DNA of 64,000 nucleotides from Clostridia bacterium. GTDB lineage: Bacteria > Bacillota > Clostridia > Oscillospirales > CAG-272. The translations under genes were made by a program, and so were the position numbers. Location: positions 73,310 to 137,309 of the forward strand of contig JAFULR010000016.1 of NCBI GenBank assembly GCA_017483195.1, read 5' to 3'. Positions 37,507 to 46,395 of the stretch are shown one piece after another. The notes below the pieces were generated by a model. The model had not been told where the DNA came from, ran no database searches, and worked only from the letters and a program-made list of their open reading frames with translations. Within the stretch, counting starts at the first letter, position 1. Each line of letters starts with the position of its first letter.

Positions 37507-37559
37507 TTCAAATTTTTATTTATAGAGGAATACCACTCCCCTATAAATCAAAATTTGAA
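37507..37559. repeat. minimal 53-bp member of the mosaic repeat family (two termini only)
   Basis: TTCAAATTTTTATTTATAGAGGA (37507-37529) and TCCCCTATAAATCAAAATTTGAA (37537-37559) are inverted (21/23) and separated by 7 nt. Confidence 0.75.
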
Positions 37560-37681
37560 ACTTTTTTATTATTTCCCTTGATAATTTTTGCTATTTATGT
37601 TATACTAATATGAATTATTATGTAAAATTGCGCCGATTGTGTCTTGAAGAGGCTTTTCGGCGGCAGAAGGACGGTGAAAAA

Positions 37682-38062
37682 ATGGCAAATTATCGCAGAG
37701 GAAGAATAAACGATGAGGTACAAAGGGAGCTTGCGAGCATTCTCAGAGACGTTAAAGATCCAAGAGTAAGCGGAGCTTTTGTTAGCATTACTGCTGTGGA
37801 CGTTACTCCCGACCTCAAGTTCGCAAAAATATATTACAGCTCACTTATGGGAGACAAAAAGGAGCTTGCAAAAGGACTTCGCGCGGCAAGCGGATTTATT
37901 CGTTCGCAGATAGCACAAAGGCTTAATCTCAGAATCACTCCCGAGCTTACTTTTATACTTGATGACAGTGTTGCACACGGCGCGCACATTTCAAAGCTTC
38001 TCAACAGCATTACGTTTTCCGAAGATTTTGAAGAAAACGAAGAAGAGAACGGTGAAGAATAA
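37682..38062 (+). CDS. rbfA: ribosome-binding factor A
   Basis: RINDEVQRELASIL...ITAVDVTPDLKFAKIYYS is typical RbfA. ATG 37682; the track ORF starts at 37610. Acidic C-terminal tail. Confidence 0.85.
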   Translation: MANYRRGRINDEVQRELASILRDVKDPRVSGAFVSITAVDVTPDLKFAKIYYSSLMGDKKELAKGLRAASGFIRSQIAQRLNLRITPELTFILDDSVAHGAHISKLLNSITFSEDFEENEEENGEE

Positions 38063-39075
38063 TGCGTCAGGAATGCAGAAAATATACGCTTGACGACGTT
38101 TGCTCGCTTCTTTCGGAGAGAAAAAATACTCTTATTATTTATCACGCTCGCCCCGATGCGGATGCGATAGGCGCATCCTTTGCCTTGAAGCTTCTTATTG
38201 AAGCTATGGGAGCAAAAGCGATCTGCACGTGCGAGAGTGAGATCCCCTCACGCTTAGCTTTTCTTACCGAAAAGCACCAGAAAAGCGCAAAATTTGAGAA
38301 TATCGATAAAAGCTTTGAATTCGAGCGCATTATAACCGTTGACACGGCGAGCCCAAGTCAGCTGGGTGAGCTTCAGGGGCTTTTTGAGGATAGGGTGGAT
38401 CTTATGCTCGACCACCACGAAAACGGAATACGATACGCGGACAGTTATATCAAATCGGATTATGCGGCATCCGGAGAAATCATTTTCGAAATAGCTGAAA
38501 AGCTTGTCAGCCTTGGAGAGATAAAAGAAATACCAAGAGACGTTTATGATCTTGTTTACGCGGCTCTTTCAAGTGACACGGGATGCTTCAAGTATTCCAA
38601 CGTGTCGGCACATACACATATGTGTGCGGCGCGCTTGCTCGCGGCGGGAATAGACGCTGCTGAAATCAACCATAGGCTTTTTGATTGCAAGAGCGAGCAA
38701 ATGCTTGCGGCTGAATCGGCAGGCTTTCAGAATATGAAATTTTACAACAACCGAAAAATCGCCGCGGTGATCTTTCCGTATGAGCTTAAAAAGGAGCTCG
38801 GAGTTGAGGATGAGCATCTTGAAACTCTTGTTGACGTTGCCCGCGCGGTTGACGGTGTAAAAATAGCTATGAGTGTTCGTCAGTCAACTGCCTACCGCTC
38901 ATTCAGGATATCGCTCAGATCGTCCTGCGGCTTCGATGTTTCAAACGTAGCAAAGCATTTTGGCGGTGGTGGACATACAAAGGCTGCGGCATGCACTATC
39001 GAAGCGGACTCCATTGAATTTGCAACCCGTCTTGTTGTTGACGAGATAATGCGCAGATGGGGAAAAAACAACTGA
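38062..39075 (+). CDS. DHH/DHHA1 phosphoesterase (NrnA-like)
   Basis: HARPDADAIGAS, LDHHEN and GGGGH motifs. Typical position after rbfA. Confidence 0.8.
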   Translation: MRQECRKYTLDDVCSLLSERKNTLIIYHARPDADAIGASFALKLLIEAMGAKAICTCESEIPSRLAFLTEKHQKSAKFENIDKSFEFERIITVDTASPSQLGELQGLFEDRVDLMLDHHENGIRYADSYIKSDYAASGEIIFEIAEKLVSLGEIKEIPRDVYDLVYAALSSDTGCFKYSNVSAHTHMCAARLLAAGIDAAEINHRLFDCKSEQMLAAESAGFQNMKFYNNRKIAAVIFPYELKKELGVEDEHLETLVDVARAVDGVKIAMSVRQSTAYRSFRISLRSSCGFDVSNVAKHFGGGGHTKAAACTIEADSIEFATRLVVDEIMRRWGKNN

Positions 39076-39161
39076 TATCTTCTAAACTAAATCAGATAAA
39101 CATTAAAACATAAAAATATAACATATCCTTTGCCCATTCGCAAAGGAGAAGGAGAATTATT

Positions 39162-41135
39162 ATGAATACAAAACCAAAATTTTACGTAACCACGGCGATA
39201 GCTTACGCATCACGCAAGCCACACTTCGGCAACACCTACGAGGTTATCATGACCGACGCGGTGGCAAGATACAAGAGAGCGCGTGGCTTTGACGTGTTCT
39301 TCTGCACGGGCACCGACGAGCACGGTCAGAAGATCGAGGACCTCGCAAAAGAGGCCGGCATCACTCCCAAGGCATACGTTGACGGAGTTGCAGGTGAGAT
39401 AAAGGCCGTTTGGGATAAGATGAACACGTCCTACGACTACTTTATCCGCACAACTGACGACTACCACGAGAGAGCCGTTCAGAAGATGTTCAAGAGATTT
39501 TACGATCAGGGCGATATATACAAGGGAAAATACGAGGGCTGGTACTGCACCCCCTGCGAGTCCTTCTTTACCGAAACTCAGGCGGTTGACGGCAAGTGTC
39601 CCGACTGCGGCCGCGAGGTGCAGAGAGCAGAGGAGGAGGCTTACTTCTTCAAGATGAGCAAGTATGCCGACAGACTTATCAAGCACATCGAGGAAAACCC
39701 CGATTTCATTCAGCCCGAGTCAAGAAAGAAGGAAATGATAAACAACTTCCTTAAGGTGGAGGGAGGACTTCAGGACCTTTGCGTATCCCGTACTTCGTTC
39801 TCCTGGGGAGTTCCCGTTGATTTTGACAAGAAGCACGTTACCTACGTTTGGCTTGACGCGCTTACGAACTATATTACCGCAATTGGCTTTGATCCCGATA
39901 AGACCTACGAGGAGCAGAGCGAGGAATTCAAGAAATGGTGGCCCTGCGATTGCCACGTTATCGGTAAGGACATCCTTCGCTTCCACACTATCTATTGGCC
40001 CATCTTCCTTATGGCGCTTGATATTCCGCTTCCCAAAAAGGTATTCGGTCACCCCTGGTTCAATTTCGGTATGGACAAGATGTCCAAATCCAAGGGCAAT
40101 GTGATCTATGCGGACGAGCTTGCAGACGATTTTTCCGTTGACGCGGTTCGTTACTACGCGCTCTCCGAAATGCCCTATGCAAACGACGGCTCGATAACCT
40201 ACGACGCAGTTATCAAGAGATACAATACCGATCTTGTAAACAATCTCGGTAACCTTGTAAAGCGTACTCTTGATATGGAGAAGAAGTATTTTGACAAGGA
40301 GATCCTCGCTCCCGCAGCTTGTGATGAGCTTGACGGCGAGCTTAAGGCTGCTTGTGTTAAGGCTTACAATAAATATATCGCGTATATGGACGATTATCAT
40401 CTTGCGGATGCGCTTGAATCCGTTTTTGAGATGCTGTCCCGCGCGAATAAGTATATTGATGAGACTACTCCTTGGGTCCTTGCGAAGGACGAGAGCAAGA
40501 GAGAGCGCCTTGGTACTGTTCTTTACAATCTTCTTGAGACCATCCGTTGGGGAGCTATTATGCTTGCGCCCTTTATTCCCGAAACGAGTGAGGAGATCCT
40601 TAATGAGCTTGCAACCGAGGCAAGAGGGCTTGACAGCATAGGCACGGAGGATAAATTCGGCGGTATCGTTGTAGGTGGCTTTGTATCCGACTCAAAGGTG
40701 CTTTTCGCACGCGTTGACGAGGCAAAGAAGCTCGCTGAGCTTGAAGAACGCAGACTTGCAAGAATGGCGGCTAAAGCCTCTGAGGAGCCCGTAATCGAAA
40801 AGCCCGAGGGACTTGCGCTCATAGGCATTGAGGACTTTATGGCGGTCGAGCTTCGCGTGGCAAAGATCATTGAGTGCGAAAAGGTACCGAAGGCAAAGAA
40901 ACTTCTTAAGCTTAAGGTGGATCTTGGCTACGAGCAGCGCCAGGTGGTTTCGGGAATTGCGAAATTCTACGAGCCCGACGCGCTCATCGGCAAAAAGATC
41001 GTGCTTGTATGCAATCTCAAGCCCGCAACTCTTTGCGGTATCGAGTCGAACGGCATGATACTCGCTTCCGGTGAGGAGCAGGTGAGAGTAGTATTCCTTG
41101 ACGAAGCAACACCCCTTGGCGAAAGAATTAGATAA
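39162..41135 (+). CDS. metG: methionyl-tRNA synthetase with C-terminal tRNA-binding domain
   Basis: 657 aa. HIGH-type motif (PHFGN), zinc knuckle CPDCG, KMSKS motif and a C-terminal Trbp111/EMAP-like OB domain. Confidence 0.93.
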   Translation: MNTKPKFYVTTAIAYASRKPHFGNTYEVIMTDAVARYKRARGFDVFFCTGTDEHGQKIEDLAKEAGITPKAYVDGVAGEIKAVWDKMNTSYDYFIRTTDDYHERAVQKMFKRFYDQGDIYKGKYEGWYCTPCESFFTETQAVDGKCPDCGREVQRAEEEAYFFKMSKYADRLIKHIEENPDFIQPESRKKEMINNFLKVEGGLQDLCVSRTSFSWGVPVDFDKKHVTYVWLDALTNYITAIGFDPDKTYEEQSEEFKKWWPCDCHVIGKDILRFHTIYWPIFLMALDIPLPKKVFGHPWFNFGMDKMSKSKGNVIYADELADDFSVDAVRYYALSEMPYANDGSITYDAVIKRYNTDLVNNLGNLVKRTLDMEKKYFDKEILAPAACDELDGELKAACVKAYNKYIAYMDDYHLADALESVFEMLSRANKYIDETTPWVLAKDESKRERLGTVLYNLLETIRWGAIMLAPFIPETSEEILNELATEARGLDSIGTEDKFGGIVVGGFVSDSKVLFARVDEAKKLAELEERRLARMAAKASEEPVIEKPEGLALIGIEDFMAVELRVAKIIECEKVPKAKKLLKLKVDLGYEQRQVVSGIAKFYEPDALIGKKIVLVCNLKPATLCGIESNGMILASGEEQVRVVFLDEATPLGERIR

Positions 41136-41192
41136 AAAACAAAAGGGGAGAGCAATCTCCCCTTGATTTGAATTTCTATAAAGGACAAAAAT

Positions 41193-41996
41193 ATGAAATT
41201 TTTTGATTCTCACGCGCATTATTTCGACGCGTGGTTTAACGAATACGAGGGCGGAGCGGACGCGCTTCTTAAAAAGCTTTTTGCGGATAAGGTCGGAGCG
41301 ATAGTGAATATTGCCACAAATCCCGAAAATCTTAAGGAGTGCATAGCGCAGGCTAAAAAATATGAAAATATGTACGTTTCGTCGGGAATTCACCCCGAGG
41401 ATTGCCTTTATATCGAAGATATCGATGAAGCTCTTGAGCAGATAGAGGCAAGCGTGCGCGACGAAGACTTGCGCAAGGAGAACAAGATAGTGGCGATAGG
41501 TGAGATAGGCTTTGACTACCATCTTGACGAGCTTACGGACGAGGTAAAGGAAAAGCAGAGATACGTTTTTGATGCTCAGATGAAAATGGCTCAAAAATAC
41601 GGCTTGCCCGTGATAATCCACGACAGAGAAGCGCACGGAGATTGCTTTGAGATGGCTTTGAAATACCCCGACGTGAAGGGAATATTCCACAGCTACAGCG
41701 GCTCTTCGGAAATGGCGAGGGAGCTTATACGCCGCGGCTGGTATATCTCGTTTTCGGGCGTAGTGACCTTCAAAAACGCGAGTCGCGTGCGTGATGTGCT
41801 TGCGAGCATCCCGCTTGATCGCTTGCTTATAGAGACCGACGCGCCCTATCTTTCTCCCCATCCTCTGAGGGGTAAGATGAACCATTCGGGCAACCTCGAA
41901 TATACCGTAGGCGCCATCGCGGCAGTTTTCGGAAAAACGCCGGAGGAGATCGCACAGATCACGTTTGAAAATGCGAAAAAAATTTATAATTTATGA
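41193..41996 (+). CDS. tatD: TatD-family metal-dependent hydrolase
   Basis: 267 aa. FDSHAH, EIGFDYH and ETDAPYL motifs. metG-tatD synteny as in Bacillus. Confidence 0.87.
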   Translation: MKFFDSHAHYFDAWFNEYEGGADALLKKLFADKVGAIVNIATNPENLKECIAQAKKYENMYVSSGIHPEDCLYIEDIDEALEQIEASVRDEDLRKENKIVAIGEIGFDYHLDELTDEVKEKQRYVFDAQMKMAQKYGLPVIIHDREAHGDCFEMALKYPDVKGIFHSYSGSSEMARELIRRGWYISFSGVVTFKNASRVRDVLASIPLDRLLIETDAPYLSPHPLRGKMNHSGNLEYTVGAIAAVFGKTPEEIAQITFENAKKIYNL

Positions 41997-41999
41997 TAA

Positions 42000-42035
42000 A
42001 AAGAGCCCGTTTTTTGAAAAAACGGGCTCTTTTTG
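42000..42035 (+). terminator. intrinsic terminator of tatD
   Basis: AAGAGCCCGTTTTTT / AAAAAACGGGCTCTT long stem followed by TTTT. Confidence 0.8.
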
Positions 42036-42116
42036 GCACGAATTTTAATAGGTGTTGACAAATTTATAATAGAATGCTATAATTTTTATAACAGTACCTG
42101 ATAAGGAGGGAAAGTG

Positions 42117-44012
42117 ATGAAAAATTCAAAAACCAGATTAGTTTTTCTTGTGTGCATCGTACTTTGCGCATTTGCTGTGGTATCGTGTGAGTATCGATAC
42201 GGAAATTATTATGAGAAAAATGGTATTGAATATCAGATTTATGATGATCACTGCGAGGTTCGGAACATCCAAGGAATTGCCGGATTTTGGGTTGAGATCC
42301 CATCACATATAGAAGGGAAGCCCGTTACGAGCATAAGGGTGGATTACAGATGGATATTCTTTCCCGATATCATCCAAGCGAGGACACTTATAATTCCCGA
42401 TACCGTTGAATATATTGATGCTAGCGTTTATTCAGAATGTCCGCATCTTAACTATAACGAGTATGAGGGCGGGCTTTATCTTGGTAATGAGGAAAATCCC
42501 TACTATGCTTTTATGCGCCCCAAGAACGTTCCGAGGGAAGAGACGGTTGAAACCTATAGCTACAACCCCAATGATATGGATTTACCTGAAAAGGAGACAC
42601 CCGTGCTTCCTCCATATCCTCAATATGGTCCTAATTCATATAGCTGTGAGATACATCCGGACACGGTTGTGCTTGCTGAAGCGGCTTTTGCAAGCTGTGA
42701 GGGCTTGAAGAGTATTACCATACCCGGCAGATTTGAGGTTTTGCCCGAGTACTTATTCGCAGGTTCTAAAGATCTCGAAATAGTAGTTTTAGAGGAAGGT
42801 ATAAAGGTGATACCGCAGGGCGTATTCGTGGACTGTGCTTCTTTGAAGAAAGTTGAATTTCCCGATAGCCTCGAGACTTTTCGTTCAAGCTTTTCCGGTT
42901 GTACAAGCCTTGATAGTATAGAACTGCCGGATTGCATTGAGTATTTCGATGATATGTTTCTCGGTTGCGAATCCCTTAAAACTGTGTATATAGGGAAAAA
43001 CGTCGGTTTGATCAGTGACATTGCTTTTTCGGAATGTCCTTTGCTTGAGTCAATTAACGTCAGCGAAGAAAATCCGTATTTTACTTCCATAAACGGAGAC
43101 CTGTATTCCAAAGACGGAACGGTTCTTATTAAATACGTCGGCGGAAAGAAGGACACGTTTTTTGCCGTTCCCGACGGTGTTACAACCGTAATGGATCGAG
43201 CATTTGACAGCGCGGCGCATCTTGTTGAGGTCGTGGTACCAGATAGCGTTGTTGAGTACGGTATGGATATGTTTGAAACCTGCTCCTCGCTTGAAACAGT
43301 AACGCTTGGCAGAGGAATTACAGAGATAGATGGAAGAATGTTTGGATATCGTAATCCTTTAAAAACACTCAATATTTCGAATGCGATTTCGGATATAGAC
43401 GCATATACTTTTTATTCCTGTTATAAGCTCGAGACTATAAACGTGGATGAAAATAACCCGTATTACGTTAGTATTGACGGCAATCTTTATTCCAAGGACG
43501 AAACTGTATTTGTAAGATATTGCGGTGGAAAGCCGGAGACCTCGTTTGACGTACCAGAAAGCGTTACGGTTATCGGAGGCTGTGCTTTTGCAGGTTCAAA
43601 TAATCTTACTTTCATTTCTATGACAGATAAGGTTACCTCTATAGGAGGTGGGGCATTCTATGAATGCGATAAGTTAGTAAAAGTTGATCTAAGTGAAAAC
43701 GTTACAGTGATATCTAATGGAATGTTTGAAGGTTGCCAAAGCTTGGGAGAAGTGATACTGAGCGACAATGTTACTGTAATAGGAGAACGTGCTTTTTCGG
43801 GCACAGGCTTCAATTCAAAGGTGTATCTTCCGAATGGCATCCAATATGTTGGATGGGAATCCTTCCTGCATACTGACGTTGTGTATGACGGAACTATGGA
43901 AGAATGGATGGAGGTTCACAAAAGAAGTCTTGAGCGTGATCCAAAATATATGCGCTATTACACGTATTACGTACAATGCACTGACGGAACTTTGCGTATT
44001 GAAGATGATTAA
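42117..44012 (+). CDS. BspA-type leucine-rich-repeat surface lipoprotein
   Basis: Signal peptide with lipobox AVVSC. Many ~23-aa repeats of the pattern I-IP-SV--IG--AF--C--L. RBS AAGGAGGG is 6 nt upstream of ATG 42117. Confidence 0.75.
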   Translation: MKNSKTRLVFLVCIVLCAFAVVSCEYRYGNYYEKNGIEYQIYDDHCEVRNIQGIAGFWVEIPSHIEGKPVTSIRVDYRWIFFPDIIQARTLIIPDTVEYIDASVYSECPHLNYNEYEGGLYLGNEENPYYAFMRPKNVPREETVETYSYNPNDMDLPEKETPVLPPYPQYGPNSYSCEIHPDTVVLAEAAFASCEGLKSITIPGRFEVLPEYLFAGSKDLEIVVLEEGIKVIPQGVFVDCASLKKVEFPDSLETFRSSFSGCTSLDSIELPDCIEYFDDMFLGCESLKTVYIGKNVGLISDIAFSECPLLESINVSEENPYFTSINGDLYSKDGTVLIKYVGGKKDTFFAVPDGVTTVMDRAFDSAAHLVEVVVPDSVVEYGMDMFETCSSLETVTLGRGITEIDGRMFGYRNPLKTLNISNAISDIDAYTFYSCYKLETINVDENNPYYVSIDGNLYSKDETVFVRYCGGKPETSFDVPESVTVIGGCAFAGSNNLTFISMTDKVTSIGGGAFYECDKLVKVDLSENVTVISNGMFEGCQSLGEVILSDNVTVIGERAFSGTGFNSKVYLPNGIQYVGWESFLHTDVVYDGTMEEWMEVHKRSLERDPKYMRYYTYYVQCTDGTLRIEDD

Positions 44013-44024
44013 CAATAAAAATTT

Positions 44025-44056
44025 AAAAGCACCCTGTGAGGTGCTTTTATCTTTTT
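44025..44056. terminator. bidirectional intrinsic terminator
   Basis: AAAAGCACC-CTGTGA-GGTGCTTTT with T-runs on both strands, between convergent genes. Confidence 0.75.
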
Positions 44057-44484
44057 CTGCGTTTACGTTTTCGCGGCTTGGAAGCCTTTATGCCCACGAG
44101 TGCGCCGAGGGGGAAGGTGGCAAGGGAGAGCGCGCGGAGCAAAATGCGTGGCAGCAGCTCCGTTCCGCTTGCGAGCGTGTGGGGTAGGGCGAGCGCGAGG
44201 AGCGTTGATATAAGCGTGAATGACGCTCCCGTTAGGATCGCGTTCAGATAAGGTGCGCGCTTATTGATCTTTGATGCGGCAAATCCGCCGAAAAACGCCG
44301 TTATAAACAGTGTTACAAAGCCGAGCGGTTCTACAAACGCGGTGGGATCGGGCGTAAGATATGCCGCAGCAGTGCCCACGAGCAGAAGGGCAACACTTAT
44401 TGCCGCCGTTGATAAAATACTAATCAAAATCGGTCTGAAAATGCTGTAAAAGCTGCTTTGTGCGTTTGTTTTCTTATTTTTCAT
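44047..44484 (-). CDS. small multi-pass membrane protein (TIGR04086/YrzE-like)
   Basis: 145 aa from ATG 44484 with RBS GGAGG; the track ORF extends to 44724. Four TM helices and a basic C-terminal tail. Downstream of yajC. Confidence 0.5.
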   Translation of the reverse strand: MKNKKTNAQSSFYSIFRPILISILSTAAISVALLLVGTAAAYLTPDPTAFVEPLGFVTLFITAFFGGFAASKINKRAPYLNAILTGASFTLISTLLALALPHTLASGTELLPRILLRALSLATFPLGALVGIKASKPRKRKRRKR

Positions 44485-44587
44485 ATTTCCTCCGAGGGAT
44501 CTTTTTTGTAAAATATATGTAATCCCAAGAATGAAAATGCCAAAAAATAAAAGAACCGAGCTTTTTTGCTTGGTTCTTTTATTTAAA

Positions 44588-44917
44588 TTACTGAGCGTCC
44601 TCTGCTTTAACGTCAACGTTGCGGATAGCGGACTTGAGTAAACGGATCTTTGTACCGTTCTTCGTTGTCTCGATAACGCAAGTCTCGTCCTTGATGCTAA
44701 CGATTCTTCCGATGATACCGCCAATGGTTGTTACCTCGTCGCCAACCTGAAGATTGTTTCTCATATCGTTCGCTTCCTTTTCAGCCTTCTTCTGAGGTCT
44801 GATTGTAAGGAAATACATTGCAACGAACATTACAACAATCATAAGAATGGGGAAGAGAGATGTAAGAAGATCTCCGCCGCCCGTTGGGGTGGTTGTGTTT
44901 TCCAATAAATTAAACAT
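44588..44917 (-). CDS. yajC: preprotein translocase subunit YajC
   Basis: ATG 44917 with RBS GGAGG. Single TM, then RPQKK...L-VGD-V-T-GG--G-I. Confidence 0.85.
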   Translation of the reverse strand: MFNLLENTTTPTGGGDLLTSLFPILMIVVMFVAMYFLTIRPQKKAEKEANDMRNNLQVGDEVTTIGGIIGRIVSIKDETCVIETTKNGTKIRLLKSAIRNVDVKAEDAQ

Positions 44918-45159
44918 TTGATTATACCTCCGTAAAAATTTCAAATTACTAACTTAATTATTATACAATATTTTTCAGCTTTTTTCAATAGTATTTTCCG
45001 TTTTTTTGAAAATTAACTGAAATTTAATAACTTGGGCGGTCAAAATTAATAAAAATAACAGTATTTTCTTGCAAATAACGATTTTATATGTTATAATATA
45101 CTAAATAATTATGTAAACTTTTAAGAAAGGCGCGCTTTGGCGCGTAAAATATACGAAAA

Positions 45160-45669
45160 ATGAGCAAATCACAGTATCTTGAATGTGGAAAAATTATAAA
45201 TACTCATGGCGTTCGCGGAGGCTTGAAGCTTGAATCGTGGTGCGATACGCCTCAGGATCTTGCATCCCTTAAAAGAGTTTATCTTAAGGAGGGTAAGGAA
45301 TACGCTTGCCACAGGGTGAAAAGAGCATCCGTTTTCAAGCAATTCGTGCTTCTTGAGATCGATGGAGTGAATGATATAGACACGGCAAATGCTCTTCGCG
45401 GCAGGATCGTTTATGCCGATAGGAATGATATATCCATTGACGAGGACGGATTCTTTATCGCGGATATTATCGGGCTTCCCGCTATAGATGTCGAAAGCGG
45501 CAAGGAGATTGGTAAGCTCGCGGACGTTTTCAACCTCGGCGCGAGCGATCTTTACGAGATAGATACAGCCGACGGCAAAAAACTCATTCCCGCGGTCGAG
45601 GAATTTATAAAAGAGGTCGATACCGAGCGCGGAATTTTCGTTAAGCTGATAGAAGGAATGTTGGACTGA
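45160..45669 (+). CDS. rimM: 16S rRNA processing protein RimM
   Basis: 169 aa. GKIINTHGVRGGLK N-terminus and a PRC-barrel C-terminus. Upstream of trmD. Confidence 0.87.
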   Translation: MSKSQYLECGKIINTHGVRGGLKLESWCDTPQDLASLKRVYLKEGKEYACHRVKRASVFKQFVLLEIDGVNDIDTANALRGRIVYADRNDISIDEDGFFIADIIGLPAIDVESGKEIGKLADVFNLGASDLYEIDTADGKKLIPAVEEFIKEVDTERGIFVKLIEGMLD

Positions 45670-45670
45670 A

Positions 45671-46369
45671 ATGAGATTTGATATAATGACACTCTTTCCC
45701 GAGCTTGTTTTGGGCGTGCTTGGAGAGAGCATAATAGGAAGGGCGCAAAAAGCGGGACACGTATCTGTTCACGCGCACAATATTCGCGATTTTGCTAATA
45801 ACAAGCACCGCAAGGTTGATGATACCGTTTACGGTGGCGGCTTTGGAATGCTTATGATGGCACCGCCCGTTTGCGATTGCTATGAATTTGTAAAAAATCA
45901 GGTTGAGCAGGAGCTTGGAACCGAAATAAAATCCAAGGCAATATATATGAGCCCACAGGGGGCTGTTCTGACTCAGAAAAAGGCAGAGGAGCTTGCGCAA
46001 TATGATAATCTCATCATCATCTGCGGTCATTACGAAGGAATTGACACACGCGCACTTGAGGAGATACAGCCCGAAGAGATATCTATCGGGGACTACGTTC
46101 TCACGGGCGGCGAGCTGCCCGCGTGCATTCTTGTGGATTGCATCTCGCGTCTTAAGGACGGCGTGCTTTCCGACAAGGCTTGCTACGAGGAGGAGAGTAT
46201 TTCAAGTGGCTTGCTTGAATATCCTCAATATACGCGTCCGTATGAATTTCACGGCAAAAAGGTGCCCGACGTACTTATATCGGGCAATCACGCAGAGATA
46301 GACAAATGGAGAAGGGAGCAGGCTCTAAGGGTAACTCGCGAAAAGCGACCGGACCTTCTCGAAAAATAA
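45671..46369 (+). CDS. trmD: tRNA (guanine37-N1)-methyltransferase
   Basis: 232 aa. IICGHYEGIDTR and GDYVLTGGELPA motifs. Confidence 0.93.
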   Translation: MRFDIMTLFPELVLGVLGESIIGRAQKAGHVSVHAHNIRDFANNKHRKVDDTVYGGGFGMLMMAPPVCDCYEFVKNQVEQELGTEIKSKAIYMSPQGAVLTQKKAEELAQYDNLIIICGHYEGIDTRALEEIQPEEISIGDYVLTGGELPACILVDCISRLKDGVLSDKACYEEESISSGLLEYPQYTRPYEFHGKKVPDVLISGNHAEIDKWRREQALRVTREKRPDLLEK

Positions 46370-46395
46370 TAATTCACTGCTTAAGGAGTGATATT

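Noticed and set aside
39720-40400. 226-aa minus-strand ORF inside metG
   Set aside because: It is antisense to metG, which has HIGH and KMSKS motifs in the plus frame. It has no independent signals.
40692-41885. 397-aa minus-strand ORF spanning the metG-tatD junction
   Set aside because: It is antisense to two well-supported genes and crosses their intergenic terminator. The composition is low-complexity and basic, with no motifs.
44945-45159. rimM-trmD lacking the usual rpsP/KH upstream and rplS downstream genes, as a sign of rearrangement
   Set aside because: The synteny break is real, but this is a single observation without comparative genomes. A plausible TG-extended promoter (TTGCAA...TGTTATAAT) precedes rimM, so the operon seems self-sufficient.
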